In this document: in pieces, positions 1 through 8,327 of the stretch
Position numbering within the stretch: the first letter of the stretch is position 1
Layout: every line of letters starts with the position of its first letter
IMG/VR virus record: IMGVR_UViG_3300038608_000007
Span: 1 to 29,060 of that record
DNA length: 29,060 nt
Reading direction: 5' to 3' (one strand)
From: a virus
Taxonomy: Duplodnaviria; Caudoviricetes
Translations under genes and position numbers: made by a program
Notes under the pieces: model-generated
Seen by the model: the letters and a program-made list of their open reading frames with translations, nothing else
The model's database searches: none
What the model was told of the DNA's origin: nothing

Positions 1-63
1 ATGCCGACGCTTTCACTGGTTTCGTTACCCATGCCCCCATTGCGGAAGCGAAAAGGTTTCCTG

Positions 64-645
64 ATGGATTTTGTCAAGCACCTGCAAACCGCGCTGGGCG
101 TCACTGTTGACGGAGACGCTGGAATTGGCACCTTCACGGCGCTGTTCCGCAAGCTGGGGGCAACCTCTGACCGCGCAGAGGAACTAGCAATATCGGCCAA
201 CGTCCATTTCAGCGAATACGGTATCATGGTCAACGCGCTCCGCATGGCGCACTTCATGGCGCAACTGGTGCATGAAAGCGGCTCGTTCCGCTACATGGAG
301 GAAATCGCCAGCGGTGGGGCTTATGAGGGACGCGCAGACCTTGGGAATATCCACCCAGGAGACGGCAGGAAATTTAAGGGGAGAGGCCCGATCCAGCTAA
401 CGGGGCGGGCGAACTATCGCAGGTTCGGTAGGCGCATCGGTATCGACCTTGAGCGCCATCCTGAAATTGCTGCGGTTCCTTCGATTGGTTTGCATACCGC
501 GCTCGAATACTGGCGCGACAGGGGATTGAACGTGCTTGCCGATGCAGACGATGTTGAAACGATCACGCGCAAGATCAACGGGGGGCTCAACGGCTATGCT
601 GACCGCAAGGCGCATTTGGCCAAGATCAAGGGGTGGATGACATGA
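64..645 (+). CDS. Endolysin, glycoside hydrolase family 19 (chitinase-like), with N-terminal peptidoglycan-binding-like segment
   Basis: Motifs AHFMAQLVHESGSF, GDGRKFKGRGPIQLTGRANY and TRKINGGLNG are typical of GH19 phage lysins, and LQTALGVTVDGDAGIGT resembles a PG-binding repeat. The start is placed at ATG 64, which overlaps the TGA (62-64) of an upstream partial ORF ending CPHCGSEKVS. Confidence 0.92.
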   Translation: MDFVKHLQTALGVTVDGDAGIGTFTALFRKLGATSDRAEELAISANVHFSEYGIMVNALRMAHFMAQLVHESGSFRYMEEIASGGAYEGRADLGNIHPGDGRKFKGRGPIQLTGRANYRRFGRRIGIDLERHPEIAAVPSIGLHTALEYWRDRGLNVLADADDVETITRKINGGLNGYADRKAHLAKIKGWMT

Positions 646-752
646 TGGAACGACTATTCGAGTTCTACGACCGCTTTGGCGACATTGCGCTGATCGTGCT
701 GGTATTCGGCATTGTGATCGGCGCGGGCGTCTATTTCGGGGCATTCGGGTGA
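642..752 (+). CDS. Small single-pass membrane protein (36 aa) in the lysis cassette; not in the ORF track
   Basis: MMERLFEFYDRFGDIALIVLVFGIVIGAGVYFGAFG. It has an ATGA overlap with the endolysin stop and a GTGA overlap with the next start. Confidence 0.7.
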   Translation: MMERLFEFYDRFGDIALIVLVFGIVIGAGVYFGAFG

Positions 753-1069
753 AACTGCCGCCCATCGAAACCCATGACGGCAGGCGCGCATGGGCATTTT
801 TTGCCGTATGGGGCGGCGCGGCGGTGTTCACGCTATTCGCCGCTGTGGCGGTATGGCTGGTATCGGGAAACGCGCTCTACAGCCTTTATCTAGGATTGGC
901 GGCGCATGTGCAGGTGCTTGTCGGACTAACCGCGATGGGCTGGGCAATGGGGCGGCGGCTTAACGTGTCGGCTGGCAAGGATGGTATCAAGATCGATGAC
1001 CGGACTTCCAAAGCCGCACACGCCGTTGCCGACGCAGCGACCGACAAGGCCGACGAGTTCAATGGCTGA
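749..1069 (+). CDS. Holin-like membrane protein
   Basis: Two hydrophobic segments and a charged C-terminus; lies between the endolysin and the spanins. Confidence 0.65.
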   Translation: MKLPPIETHDGRRAWAFFAVWGGAAVFTLFAAVAVWLVSGNALYSLYLGLAAHVQVLVGLTAMGWAMGRRLNVSAGKDGIKIDDRTSKAAHAVADAATDKADEFNG

Positions 1070-1132
1070 TATTTGCGGCAATCAGCGGTGCGTGATAAAT
1101 GGCTTCCACACCGTCAAGGAAAGGCGCTCGTA

Positions 1133-1456
1133 ATGCCCACATTCCTGCTCCCGTTTATCGGTTTCCTGAAGCGCGTTCCGTGGCAGGTATGGGCAGCGAT
1201 CGGCATTCTCGCAGCCGGTTACATCTACGGCGAGGTCCGTTATCGTGCTGGCAAGCAAGTGGTGATCGAACGGCTCAAGGAAGCCGAACGCGAGGCCGAA
1301 CGCAAGTCTGCCGAGGCGCTGAAATCCGCCGATGCAGAGGCGAAGGAACGGTCAGCCGAGTTCGGACAGGAACAGGAAACTTTGGAAAAGGCGATTGAAA
1401 ATGCGGAAAGCACTGGCTCTAATCCCCTTGATCGCCTGCTTGACAGCTTGCCCTAA
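1133..1456 (+). CDS. Rz-like inner-membrane spanin
   Basis: N-terminal TM segment (VWAAIGILAAGYIYG) followed by a charged coiled-coil; overlaps the downstream lipoprotein gene. The start was moved to ATG 1133. Confidence 0.75.
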   Translation: MPTFLLPFIGFLKRVPWQVWAAIGILAAGYIYGEVRYRAGKQVVIERLKEAEREAERKSAEALKSADAEAKERSAEFGQEQETLEKAIENAESTGSNPLDRLLDSLP

Positions 1457-1700
1457 GCCGATCGAGATAGGTCCATTGCCCCCACCCGCAGAGCGGTTTG
1501 TATGCCTGCCATTGCCACAGCCGCCCGTTCTAAGCGCGTTGGTGGCTAGTGAGGCCAATGGAGTGATGGTTTACCGCAAAGACGCTGTGGACGCACGAGA
1601 CGGGCAAATAGCGCGGTATATCGTGGACGTTCGCGGTGCCTGGTTCGATTGCTCGAACGCGGTCCAGTGGCACAAGGACTATTGGACGGGCAATGAATGA
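1401..1700 (+). CDS. Rz1-like outer-membrane spanin lipoprotein
   Basis: Signal peptide MRKALALIPLIACLTAC with an LTAC lipobox and a Pro-rich mature N-terminus; starts inside the Rz-like gene. Confidence 0.8.
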   Translation: MRKALALIPLIACLTACPKPIEIGPLPPPAERFVCLPLPQPPVLSALVASEANGVMVYRKDAVDARDGQIARYIVDVRGAWFDCSNAVQWHKDYWTGNE

Positions 1701-1712
1701 AGCGCGGGTGGA

Positions 1713-1907
1713 TTAGGACTTGACTTCGTCAGCTTTGATCACCCGCAATTTCATGTTGTCGCTATGCAATACCCGCATCGTGGCTCTGGATGTTGCCAGC
1801 GATTTCAGGACTTGCCGAACGATCGTCGCATCGCGCTTGCGACCTTCCGTGTCCAGACGCTCTGCCAAATCCCGACCCTCACGAACGTGCGCATCGACGC
1901 GGCTCAT
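1713..1907 (-). CDS. Hypothetical protein (64 aa), last gene of the leftward operon
   Basis: MSRVDAHVREGR..., with a GAGG RBS and ATGA coupling to the upstream gene. Confidence 0.6.
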   Translation of the reverse strand: MSRVDAHVREGRDLAERLDTEGRKRDATIVRQVLKSLATSRATMRVLHSDNMKLRVIKADEVKS

Positions 1908-2035
1908 ATCGACCTCGCATTCCATCGCCGGAATGCCCATGCAAGCAACAGCGCGCCGATCAGTGTGAATATGAACACGCCCGCCACCGCTGCGCATTGA
2001 GCAGGCGACAGCCCGCCGATGATCCGCTTGATCAT
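1904..2035 (-). CDS. Small membrane protein (43 aa); not in the ORF track
   Basis: MIKRIIGGLSPAQCAAVAGVFIFTLIGALLLAWAFRRWNARSI, with ATGA overlaps at both ends. Confidence 0.6.
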   Translation of the reverse strand: MIKRIIGGLSPAQCAAVAGVFIFTLIGALLLAWAFRRWNARSI

Positions 2036-2352
2036 GCCCGCCTCCTGTCCTGATATGTCGTTCCCTGCTGCAACAACGCAGCAGCGGCATACAGCGCAGA
2101 TGGCCTGCCCGATTTCCGGTTAGCCTCAAGCATCGTATCGAGAGCCGCTGTCATCTGGCGAAATGCCGCCGCGCCAACGGGGCCGGAACCACGCGCCTCG
2201 CGCCATGCCTTGGCCAGTTTGATGATCGCCCCGCCATCCGAAAGATCGCTGTTGTTCTGCGACAGGCGGCATGCTGGCGAGCAATATGACGGGGCTGGCC
2301 CTCTATCCGATTTGCGTTCGACCTTGCCGCCGCAATACGGGCATGTGCGCAA
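2032..2352 (-). CDS. Zinc-finger protein (CPYCG...YCSPACR)
   Basis: Two CxxC/CxxxC pairs. The start codon is uncertain (TTG). Confidence 0.65.
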   Translation of the reverse strand: MRTCPYCGGKVERKSDRGPAPSYCSPACRLSQNNSDLSDGGAIIKLAKAWREARGSGPVGAAAFRQMTAALDTMLEANRKSGRPSALYAAAALLQQGTTYQDRRRA

Positions 2353-2497
2353 GGCGACGATCTGCGCCGCAGTGAGGCGCTTTAATTCTCATCCAGGCGC
2401 TCCAATTGCCAAGACGCTGTAACCTGCGTCCATGGAAACCCGTATAAGTCGAATTCTCACAGGGCGCAAGAGCAATCGGATATAGCTTGCTTGGCTG

Positions 2498-2998
2498 TCA
2501 TGGTGCCTGTGTGGCCCCAAGCCATGCCCAGGCAATCCCTCTGGCAATCTTGGATATCGCAGATGGGCAAACACCGAAGTCTCCTGCAATCTGGCGGTGC
2601 AGTTCGCCTCTGGAAAGTCTGGCGCGGATCGATGGGATATCGTGTGCGGTCAGGATCGCATTCCTGATATCCTCGCCCCGCCTGATACGGCCCCGGTCGA
2701 TCATGTCCTGAACATTGTCGGCCTGAGTGCCTTGGATCAAATGCGCGGGATTGCAGCACAGCCCGTTGTCGCATCTGTGGCGGATCACGATGCTTGATGG
2801 CAACGCGCAGATGTCGAGGCCGTGGTGGAGACAGTAGGCAACCCGGTGCGCATACTTCATGCGCTGGGCGGGGACTCCGAAATAGCCATATGATCTGGCA
2901 TCTGATCCGCCCGCGCGACATGCCAGCCAAGGCCAGCATTCGTCATCACTGCGCTGATCGACCTTTGCCCAGAAGCGACCGGCGAACGACTGCATCAT
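2498..2998 (-). CDS. HNH homing endonuclease with C-terminal HTH
   Basis: RFWAKVD..DECWPW, YGYF, AHRVAY, HRCDNGLCCNPAHL..GTQADN, then an HTH-like segment QIAGDFGVCPSAISKI. Confidence 0.92.
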   Translation of the reverse strand: MMQSFAGRFWAKVDQRSDDECWPWLACRAGGSDARSYGYFGVPAQRMKYAHRVAYCLHHGLDICALPSSIVIRHRCDNGLCCNPAHLIQGTQADNVQDMIDRGRIRRGEDIRNAILTAHDIPSIRARLSRGELHRQIAGDFGVCPSAISKIARGIAWAWLGATQAP

Positions 2999-3189
2999 TC
3001 ATCTCCTATGAATTCAACAGCGACCAGCTTGTCGCTCTCACGCGTGATTGCGATTTCGCCCAGCTTTACCTCAGGCGGAAACACCTCTCGGGAAGGCGAG
3101 GCAGTGTAAACGTCAGTGCCATCCATGAACACGCCGCGAATTGTGGACGCACGTCCGGCGGGACGGGGCTTGCTTGGGTAAAAGGTCAT
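2995..3189 (-). CDS. Hypothetical protein
   Basis: GGAG RBS; overlaps its neighbours at both ends. Confidence 0.6.
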   Translation of the reverse strand: MTFYPSKPRPAGRASTIRGVFMDGTDVYTASPSREVFPPEVKLGEIAITRESDKLVAVEFIGDE

Positions 3190-3470
3190 TGGGTTTCTCC
3201 TAGTGCTTGGCGGGCGATGGCCCCCATGACGGTTGCTGGATCAGTGGATGCCCAGCCAGTGGAATATGCGGAAATGCTTTCCAGCGCGGCCTCAAGGGCT
3301 TCGATGCGTTCCAGCAGCGGGCGCTCTGCATCCTCGCGGTGCTTGGCGAAGGCATCGGACAGTGCATGATCTTCAATGCCTTTACGGACATCGCCGCAGT
3401 AGTTCCAATCGAGACCTTCCTCCGTGAGCCAGTCTGCCGCAGCACGATGGTCTATTTTTGTAACGGTCAT
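3186..3470 (-). CDS. Hypothetical protein
   Basis: Coupled ORF with the phage-typical C-terminus RIEALEAAL...IARQALGETQ. Confidence 0.7.
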   Translation of the reverse strand: MTVTKIDHRAAADWLTEEGLDWNYCGDVRKGIEDHALSDAFAKHREDAERPLLERIEALEAALESISAYSTGWASTDPATVMGAIARQALGETQ

Positions 3471-3643
3471 GGCTGGTCTCTTTCTGCTATTTTGTCATAG
3501 GATTTGTTGAACATCCCGTGCCATGCCCCATCCGAACACTCCGAACAAAGCACGGGATCACCCTTGGCCTTCTGATACCAATACGCACCTAAGGCAGTAT
3601 TCTCGATCACTCCACATTTTGAGCAGTGGAATAGAGGCATCAT
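3467..3643 (-). CDS. Small zinc-binding protein; not in the ORF track
   Basis: MMPLFHCSKCGVIENTALGAYW...LCSECSDGAWHGMF has two CxxC motifs, an AAGGAG RBS and ATGA coupling. Confidence 0.75.
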   Translation of the reverse strand: MMPLFHCSKCGVIENTALGAYWYQKAKGDPVLCSECSDGAWHGMFNKSYDKIAERDQP

Positions 3644-3710
3644 CCATTCTCCTTATCATGCTCGCGGACACATTCATGTCCGGCCTGTTCGATCTGTGTT
3701 GCTAGGTCAG

Positions 3711-3896
3711 TCATGGGCGGCGTTCCTGATTGTGATAATCATCCCAGCCCAGGCGTTGCGCGCGTAGACGTTCCTGTTCCTCGTGAAATGGCGCGAGCCA
3801 GTCAGGCTTTGGTTCCCCGCGATCCGCGCTTTCCCAGCCGAATTTATAATCTTCGCTTTCCTGAATGCCGACGCGGTAGTTCCCTATCTTACTCAT
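3711..3896 (-). CDS. Hypothetical protein
   Basis: MSKIGNYRVGIQESEDY..., ATGA-coupled to the HTH gene stop. Confidence 0.65.
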   Translation of the reverse strand: MSKIGNYRVGIQESEDYKFGWESADRGEPKPDWLAPFHEEQERLRAQRLGWDDYHNQERRP

Positions 3897-4146
3897 GATA
3901 CTAAATCCTTCATTGAACACTTGAGAGCGGCTGCAAAATCCCGTAGCCTGCTGATTGGCGGATCATGCCTCCCGCTTTCTATGTTGGCGATTTGCGCACA
4001 TGAAACACCTACTCGTTCCGACAGTTCAAGCTGGGTAAGCCCGAGCTTTTTCTGTACTGCGAGATCATATCGCCAACAGTCGCGGTGGCTGGCGTTAGAT
4101 AGCCTAGGCCAGCACATCTCGGACACTTTATGTGTTCTTCACTCAT
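3893..4146 (-). pseudogene. Zn-knuckle plus XRE-family HTH regulator split by a 1-nt frameshift
   Basis: MSEEHIKCPRCAGLG...MISQYRK (ATG 4146 with RBS) continues as KLGLTQLELSERVGVSCAQIANIESGRHDPP in the -1 frame at an A5 run (4047-4051). Confidence 0.8.
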
Positions 4147-4261
4147 AACTTCTTCCTTGATGGCTTGCCGTACCGTAGCTGTAAGCCACGATCCCGGCGA
4201 TGATGTTGTCCGCCTGTATCGCAGCAAATGCGAGGGCGAGAATGGTGATGGTGAGCTTCAT
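4139..4261 (-). CDS. Small hydrophobic or exported peptide (40 aa); not in the ORF track
   Basis: MKLTITILALAFAAIQADNIIAGIVAYSYG..., ATGA-coupled to the upstream stop. Confidence 0.5.
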   Translation of the reverse strand: MKLTITILALAFAAIQADNIIAGIVAYSYGTASHQGRSYE

Positions 4262-4536
4262 GGTTGTTCATCCTTGGCCAATTCTTGACTTTGTAGACCT
4301 TCGCTCCTAACCCACTTGTTGCAACAATCTCGGCATAGATTGTCGCCGTCCAAATTGTGCAGCACTTGTTTACCGCCACACCAGTCACAAAGTGGGCGAG
4401 GTTCGATGGAGGGGCCGGACAGACCTTGCGGCCCCGCCGCCCAAGAGCCTAGGCAGTCACAGACAGCATAAAAACCATCAGATTCTCGCCAATAAGCAGT
4501 TCCACAACGAACACATTTTGGGACAAAACTCGTCAT
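4258..4536 (-). CDS. Cys-rich zinc-binding hypothetical protein
   Basis: CVRC, CDC, CDWC and CRDC motifs; coupled at both ends. Confidence 0.65.
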   Translation of the reverse strand: MTSFVPKCVRCGTAYWRESDGFYAVCDCLGSWAAGPQGLSGPSIEPRPLCDWCGGKQVLHNLDGDNLCRDCCNKWVRSEGLQSQELAKDEQP

Positions 4537-4946
4537 GGCCGCACCTCATCGGTCTGTTTCGGGCGGTAGCGGTAGAGAGGTGAAGTCCACGTTGGTTCGT
4601 CTAAAGGTGCCCACGGCTCCCATTCTCCAATGTAAATTTGGATTTCGTGGGTCTTTGTTGAGATGCCGTGTGGCCCCGCACACCTTTTCGGCTGATATTC
4701 CGTCCAGTCTTCATCCTCGCCAGCAAGCGGGGCATTGTGCGCGGCGATCAGGGCGCGGAGGTAGAGTTGCTTCCAAGTACGTCCCCATGCGTCAGAACAC
4801 TGGAACCCCATCACATCGTTAAACGCCTGCCATTTCGGCTCCCACGCTTCCCAATCCGGCTCGGCCTTGCGGCGCTCGATCTCGGCGTTGACCGCATCGC
4901 TCTGCGTTTTCAGCATGGCTAGTGTCAATTTGCTAAGGTCTGTCAT
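4533..4946 (-). CDS. Hypothetical protein
   Basis: Coupled ORF with an upstream GGAGG; C-terminal PTW...YRYRPK phage motif. Confidence 0.7.
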   Translation of the reverse strand: MTDLSKLTLAMLKTQSDAVNAEIERRKAEPDWEAWEPKWQAFNDVMGFQCSDAWGRTWKQLYLRALIAAHNAPLAGEDEDWTEYQPKRCAGPHGISTKTHEIQIYIGEWEPWAPLDEPTWTSPLYRYRPKQTDEVRP

Positions 4947-5173
4947 CGTCCATGTCCTCCTTCTGCGCGGATCAAATCCAGCAACCGCGCGCTTCCGCGA
5001 GCGATCCTGGCATTGATCTTGTCACCGTCATATTGCGAAACGTGGTAGCGATTGATCGTGTGCTGAACTGTCCGCAGAGACAGCCCTGTTTCACGCGAAA
5101 TCTGTTGCGCCTTCCATCCCCGATCCGAAAGCTCAAGCACCTGCCGCTCGCCTCTGTTGAGCATGTCCCTCAT
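4943..5173 (-). CDS. HTH DNA-binding protein (LuxR/sigma-region-4-like)
   Basis: ERQVLELSDRGWKAQQISRETGLSLRTVQHTI. Confidence 0.75.
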   Translation of the reverse strand: MRDMLNRGERQVLELSDRGWKAQQISRETGLSLRTVQHTINRYHVSQYDGDKINARIARGSARLLDLIRAEGGHGR

Positions 5174-5706
5174 TCGACTGACCCCTCAAGCGGCAGTTCG
5201 CTTTCGGCAAGCAAGGCTGCACGGTGCGGCGATATGTCCAGCGCGATAGCGTGCGCACTGCTCGCGATTACATCGATCTCGCAAAGCTGCGCGTCATCGA
5301 TCGCTGCGAACCCATGCACCCGGCGCGCCAGTTCGAGCGCGATGTGCATGTGATAGTCTGCATCGCCTAAGGCAGCGCGCAGTTTCGGCATCAGATCGTC
5401 GAGTTCGCTGCGATGTGAGACGTTGCCGGAATAGGTCTGCGGCAGAACATCCTCTGGTGTTTCGCCGCGCCCGCGATCCGCCATTGCGAACGCGATGAAT
5501 TCAGCCTCGGTGATCTGCCGCAGTTCATCCTTGCGCTTGTCAGGATCATCGATTTCTCTGGCGAGCTTGCGGCGCAGTTCGCACCAGAAATGGATTGTCG
5601 GCGGTGCGCAGGGATCTCGCTCAAGAAGCGTAAACAGCAGCTCATCGGGCCGCGCCTTTTCGAGAGCGTCAAATTCACCTGCTCTTGATTTCGTGTTTTC
5701 CGTCAT
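5170..5706 (-). CDS. Hypothetical phage protein
   Basis: 178 aa coupled ORF with a GAGG RBS; the FTLLERDPCAP..I.FW motif is seen in phage early proteins. Confidence 0.75.
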   Translation of the reverse strand: MTENTKSRAGEFDALEKARPDELLFTLLERDPCAPPTIHFWCELRRKLAREIDDPDKRKDELRQITEAEFIAFAMADRGRGETPEDVLPQTYSGNVSHRSELDDLMPKLRAALGDADYHMHIALELARRVHGFAAIDDAQLCEIDVIASSAHAIALDISPHRAALLAESELPLEGSVE

Positions 5707-5858
5707 GTCATCATCCTCAAGTTGTGGCGGGTATTGTGACCGCCCGCCTTCGGTAGCTGTTCCACATCGACGATATGATTGCGGGCCTGCGCGGCAGTGT
5801 CGGCTCGCACAATGCGGCTGTCCTTGCTGCCTCGGATTGTTGCTCGGTATATCGGCAC
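5703..5858 (-). CDS. Small hypothetical protein
   Basis: Likely GTG start (MPIYRATIRG...RIVRADTAAQARNHI) after AGGAAAGGA. Confidence 0.55.
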   Translation of the reverse strand: MPIYRATIRGSKDSRIVRADTAAQARNHIVDVEQLPKAGGHNTRHNLRMMT

Positions 5859-5905
5859 TTCGTTTTCCTTTCCTGATTTCTGGCGATCATCGGATGCCAG
5901 TAGGC

Positions 5906-6697
5906 TCATCCGACTTTTTCGGCCAATTCCTTGTTCTGAGCGTGCCAGGTTTTCGGACTTGGCCATGCCTGGTTGAAGTTGAGAAAGCCGCGATCAGTCA
6001 CGGTCTGCGCCTTGAACCAGTCTTCATAGCTTTGCATACCTGCGCCGGCCTCGCTGCGGCCTGCATCAACCAATGCGCGGTGATAGGCGTCGAGCTGGTC
6101 ATAGGCATCAATCGCTGTCCCGCCACCGGCATTGCCGTCATCATCTTGAGCAATACCGCCCTGCACAATATTGAGCATCGCAAATGCGGAATGCCGCTTG
6201 GCATAACTGGCAGAGCTGGCAACAGCCTGCACATCATTACGTCCTTTACCGATGTCAGCTGGCAGAACCATTGGCTCGCCCCGCTCTTCCCAGCCATGCC
6301 CCGACAGGATTGGCGTCACGGCAATCTTGCCATCTTTGTCACCGATAGTGAAATTCAACACTAGGCCATGACGATTCAAGATCGGCGTAATCACCGGCTG
6401 CGCCGTTTCCCATTTGGCATAGCGTGAACCAGTGTGCTTGTTCTCACCGTCTTTCTCAATGCGGGGCATTTCCGAAATCGCAGCAACCTTCGCCTCGATA
6501 AAACGAGTGTGGCGCTGGCGGTCCTCGATCCGAAACATCAAGTCGGCCATGGCGATAGCCTTTTCGGGCTGTACATCGGGATTGGTGAGCGCTTCCTTGA
6601 GCAAGGCAAAGCGTGCCCGATCATCAGACAGACTGCCACCATCTTGGCGCTGGGCGATCTCTCGCCCGGACTGTGCATTGTCAACAAGATCGTTCAT
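5906..6697 (-). CDS. erf: ERF-family single-strand annealing protein
   Basis: QAVASSASYAKRHSAFAMLNIV...DDDGN is the ERF signature, and the gene is adjacent to an exonuclease. Confidence 0.88.
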   Translation of the reverse strand: MNDLVDNAQSGREIAQRQDGGSLSDDRARFALLKEALTNPDVQPEKAIAMADLMFRIEDRQRHTRFIEAKVAAISEMPRIEKDGENKHTGSRYAKWETAQPVITPILNRHGLVLNFTIGDKDGKIAVTPILSGHGWEERGEPMVLPADIGKGRNDVQAVASSASYAKRHSAFAMLNIVQGGIAQDDDGNAGGGTAIDAYDQLDAYHRALVDAGRSEAGAGMQSYEDWFKAQTVTDRGFLNFNQAWPSPKTWHAQNKELAEKVG

Positions 6698-7872
6698 CAG
6701 ATTGTCTCCAGAAAATAGGGTGAGAAGTCGAGGTCACTGACCTCGCGATGAGGCTCAAACGGCTGCCATGGCTGACCGCGTTCGTATATCTCATTGTAGC
6801 CAATGAAGGCCCGCTTCGCCCGCTTGATTTCAGCCCGCGCCTTCATCATCAGCATCGTTGGGCGCGGAGTTAGTTCGCCTGCGAATTTTTCAGCCTTGGC
6901 GATGCGATCATCGGTTGCGTTGTCGGCTCGCAGTTCTTCAACCGCGCGATAGGGGCTTTCGAACAGCCTGATTTCGCGCGAGAGAACATTCGGCACCCCG
7001 CCCTTTTGCTGAAAAATCAGCCGGTGCGGTAGCGGCACTGGTGACTGTGAAATATCGTCAATCATGACCGCATGGGCGGCGGTGAACTCGCCTCTGCAAA
7101 TGGCGTTCTCGCCAGTGCGGATTGTCTCGACAGCCTCATGATAGGCGGCAACGTCGATGTAGTAGCGGTTGTATTTGATCGCATCCATCAGGCACTGCTC
7201 AAGCTGCTTGCCATTTGGATTGGCGAAGCTCTTGAATTCAACCCAGCCATCGGCGCGCAGCCAGTCGAGCCTGGCCTTCATCGGCAGGCCGGTATCGGGG
7301 CAATCATAGAGAATAGAGACTTCGGCAAATCCATCCGAGAGTGTTGCGTGCACCGACGGCACAGCGGCAATGCGCAGCATGTCGATTTCAATCTGGTCGA
7401 ATGCCTCGGCTGGCAGCGCGATACGACCGCCGCGATTAGCTTCCCATGCGGCAAGCTCGATTTGCCAGATCGGCCCGGCATAACCGGCAAGGCGCAAGCG
7501 CTCTGCCTGTTCGGCAACTGATCCTGATTTCTTCTCACCCATACCCTCAAGCTGACTACCCATGTCAGTGCCGGTCACAAGGAAGCCCTCAATATTGGCG
7601 AAATCGGCATGGCTGATCTCGCGCACATAACGATCATGGAATTGATCTGGTTCAAGCCTGGCGCAGTGATATGCCTGGCCCAGAAGCTTGGCCATCTCGC
7701 GGGTTTTCTGCTGCTGCGGGGTGAGCCGCTTTGGGCTGGGATTGAGATAAGAATCCGCCCAATAGTCGGCAGGACTGATCAGCAATTGCTTGATGCCAGA
7801 TTTGGAAAGGCGCTCGATCGAGCGGTATTCCTCGAAATCGAGGCCGAAATATATGCCGTTGGGAAATGTCAT
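6697..7872 (-). CDS. RecE/exonuclease VIII-like PD-(D/E)XK nuclease (DUF3799-like)
   Basis: GIYFGL..EEY..LSKSGIK, G.AYHC..LEP, AEVSI, MKARLDWL..VEFKS and Y..AAYH motifs. Confidence 0.85.
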   Translation of the reverse strand: MTFPNGIYFGLDFEEYRSIERLSKSGIKQLLISPADYWADSYLNPSPKRLTPQQQKTREMAKLLGQAYHCARLEPDQFHDRYVREISHADFANIEGFLVTGTDMGSQLEGMGEKKSGSVAEQAERLRLAGYAGPIWQIELAAWEANRGGRIALPAEAFDQIEIDMLRIAAVPSVHATLSDGFAEVSILYDCPDTGLPMKARLDWLRADGWVEFKSFANPNGKQLEQCLMDAIKYNRYYIDVAAYHEAVETIRTGENAICRGEFTAAHAVMIDDISQSPVPLPHRLIFQQKGGVPNVLSREIRLFESPYRAVEELRADNATDDRIAKAEKFAGELTPRPTMLMMKARAEIKRAKRAFIGYNEIYERGQPWQPFEPHREVSDLDFSPYFLETI

Positions 7873-7905
7873 TTGCTAGCTCCAAATTCACGATAGCGGA
7901 TAGGG

Positions 7906-8121
7906 TCAGGATTGCAATTCGATTTGCGCGGTCACCCGGTCGAATTCGCGCTCGATGCCAGCAATCGTGTCGAGCAAAACGATGAGCATACCGAGCGCGC
8001 CGAATAGTCCGAACAACCCTGAAAGCCACATTCCGCGTGCGAGAGCGAATATCCCGCCGACAAGGAACGCAGCCAAGCCGAGCATGGCCGCGAACGTCAA
8101 GATGATGTAGAACGCGCCCAT
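7906..8121 (-). CDS. Small two-TM membrane protein
   Basis: Two hydrophobic helices; TAATG coupling. Confidence 0.7.
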   Translation of the reverse strand: MGAFYIILTFAAMLGLAAFLVGGIFALARGMWLSGLFGLFGALGMLIVLLDTIAGIEREFDRVTAQIELQS

Positions 8122-8327
8122 TAGATTAATCCTTTTGCAGCGATTGAACCGATGGATTTGTGATCCGTGCGCAGTGTTTCAGCGACAAAGACCTGAATTT
8201 CAGTTTCGAGATCGGGAATGATGATGAATACCTGATCATCATCGCGCGAAAGTCTGACAATCGGGCGACCAAATGCGCGGCGGTGCGCAGCCTCAAATGA
8301 TAGATATCCGGTGGTAAGCATAGACAT
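8121..8327 (-). CDS. Hypothetical protein
   Basis: GGAG RBS and TGATG coupling. Confidence 0.55.
   Translation of the reverse strand: MSMLTTGYLSFEAAHRRAFGRPIVRLSRDDDQVFIIIPDLETEIQVFVAETLRTDHKSIGSIAAKGLI

Noticed and set aside
1-63. N-terminal extension of the endolysin in the ORF track
   Set aside because: It is better explained as the 3' end of an upstream Zn-ribbon gene whose TGA overlaps ATG 64.
5495-6364. 289-aa plus-strand ORF
   Set aside because: It is antisense to erf and its neighbours, with no motif or RBS support.
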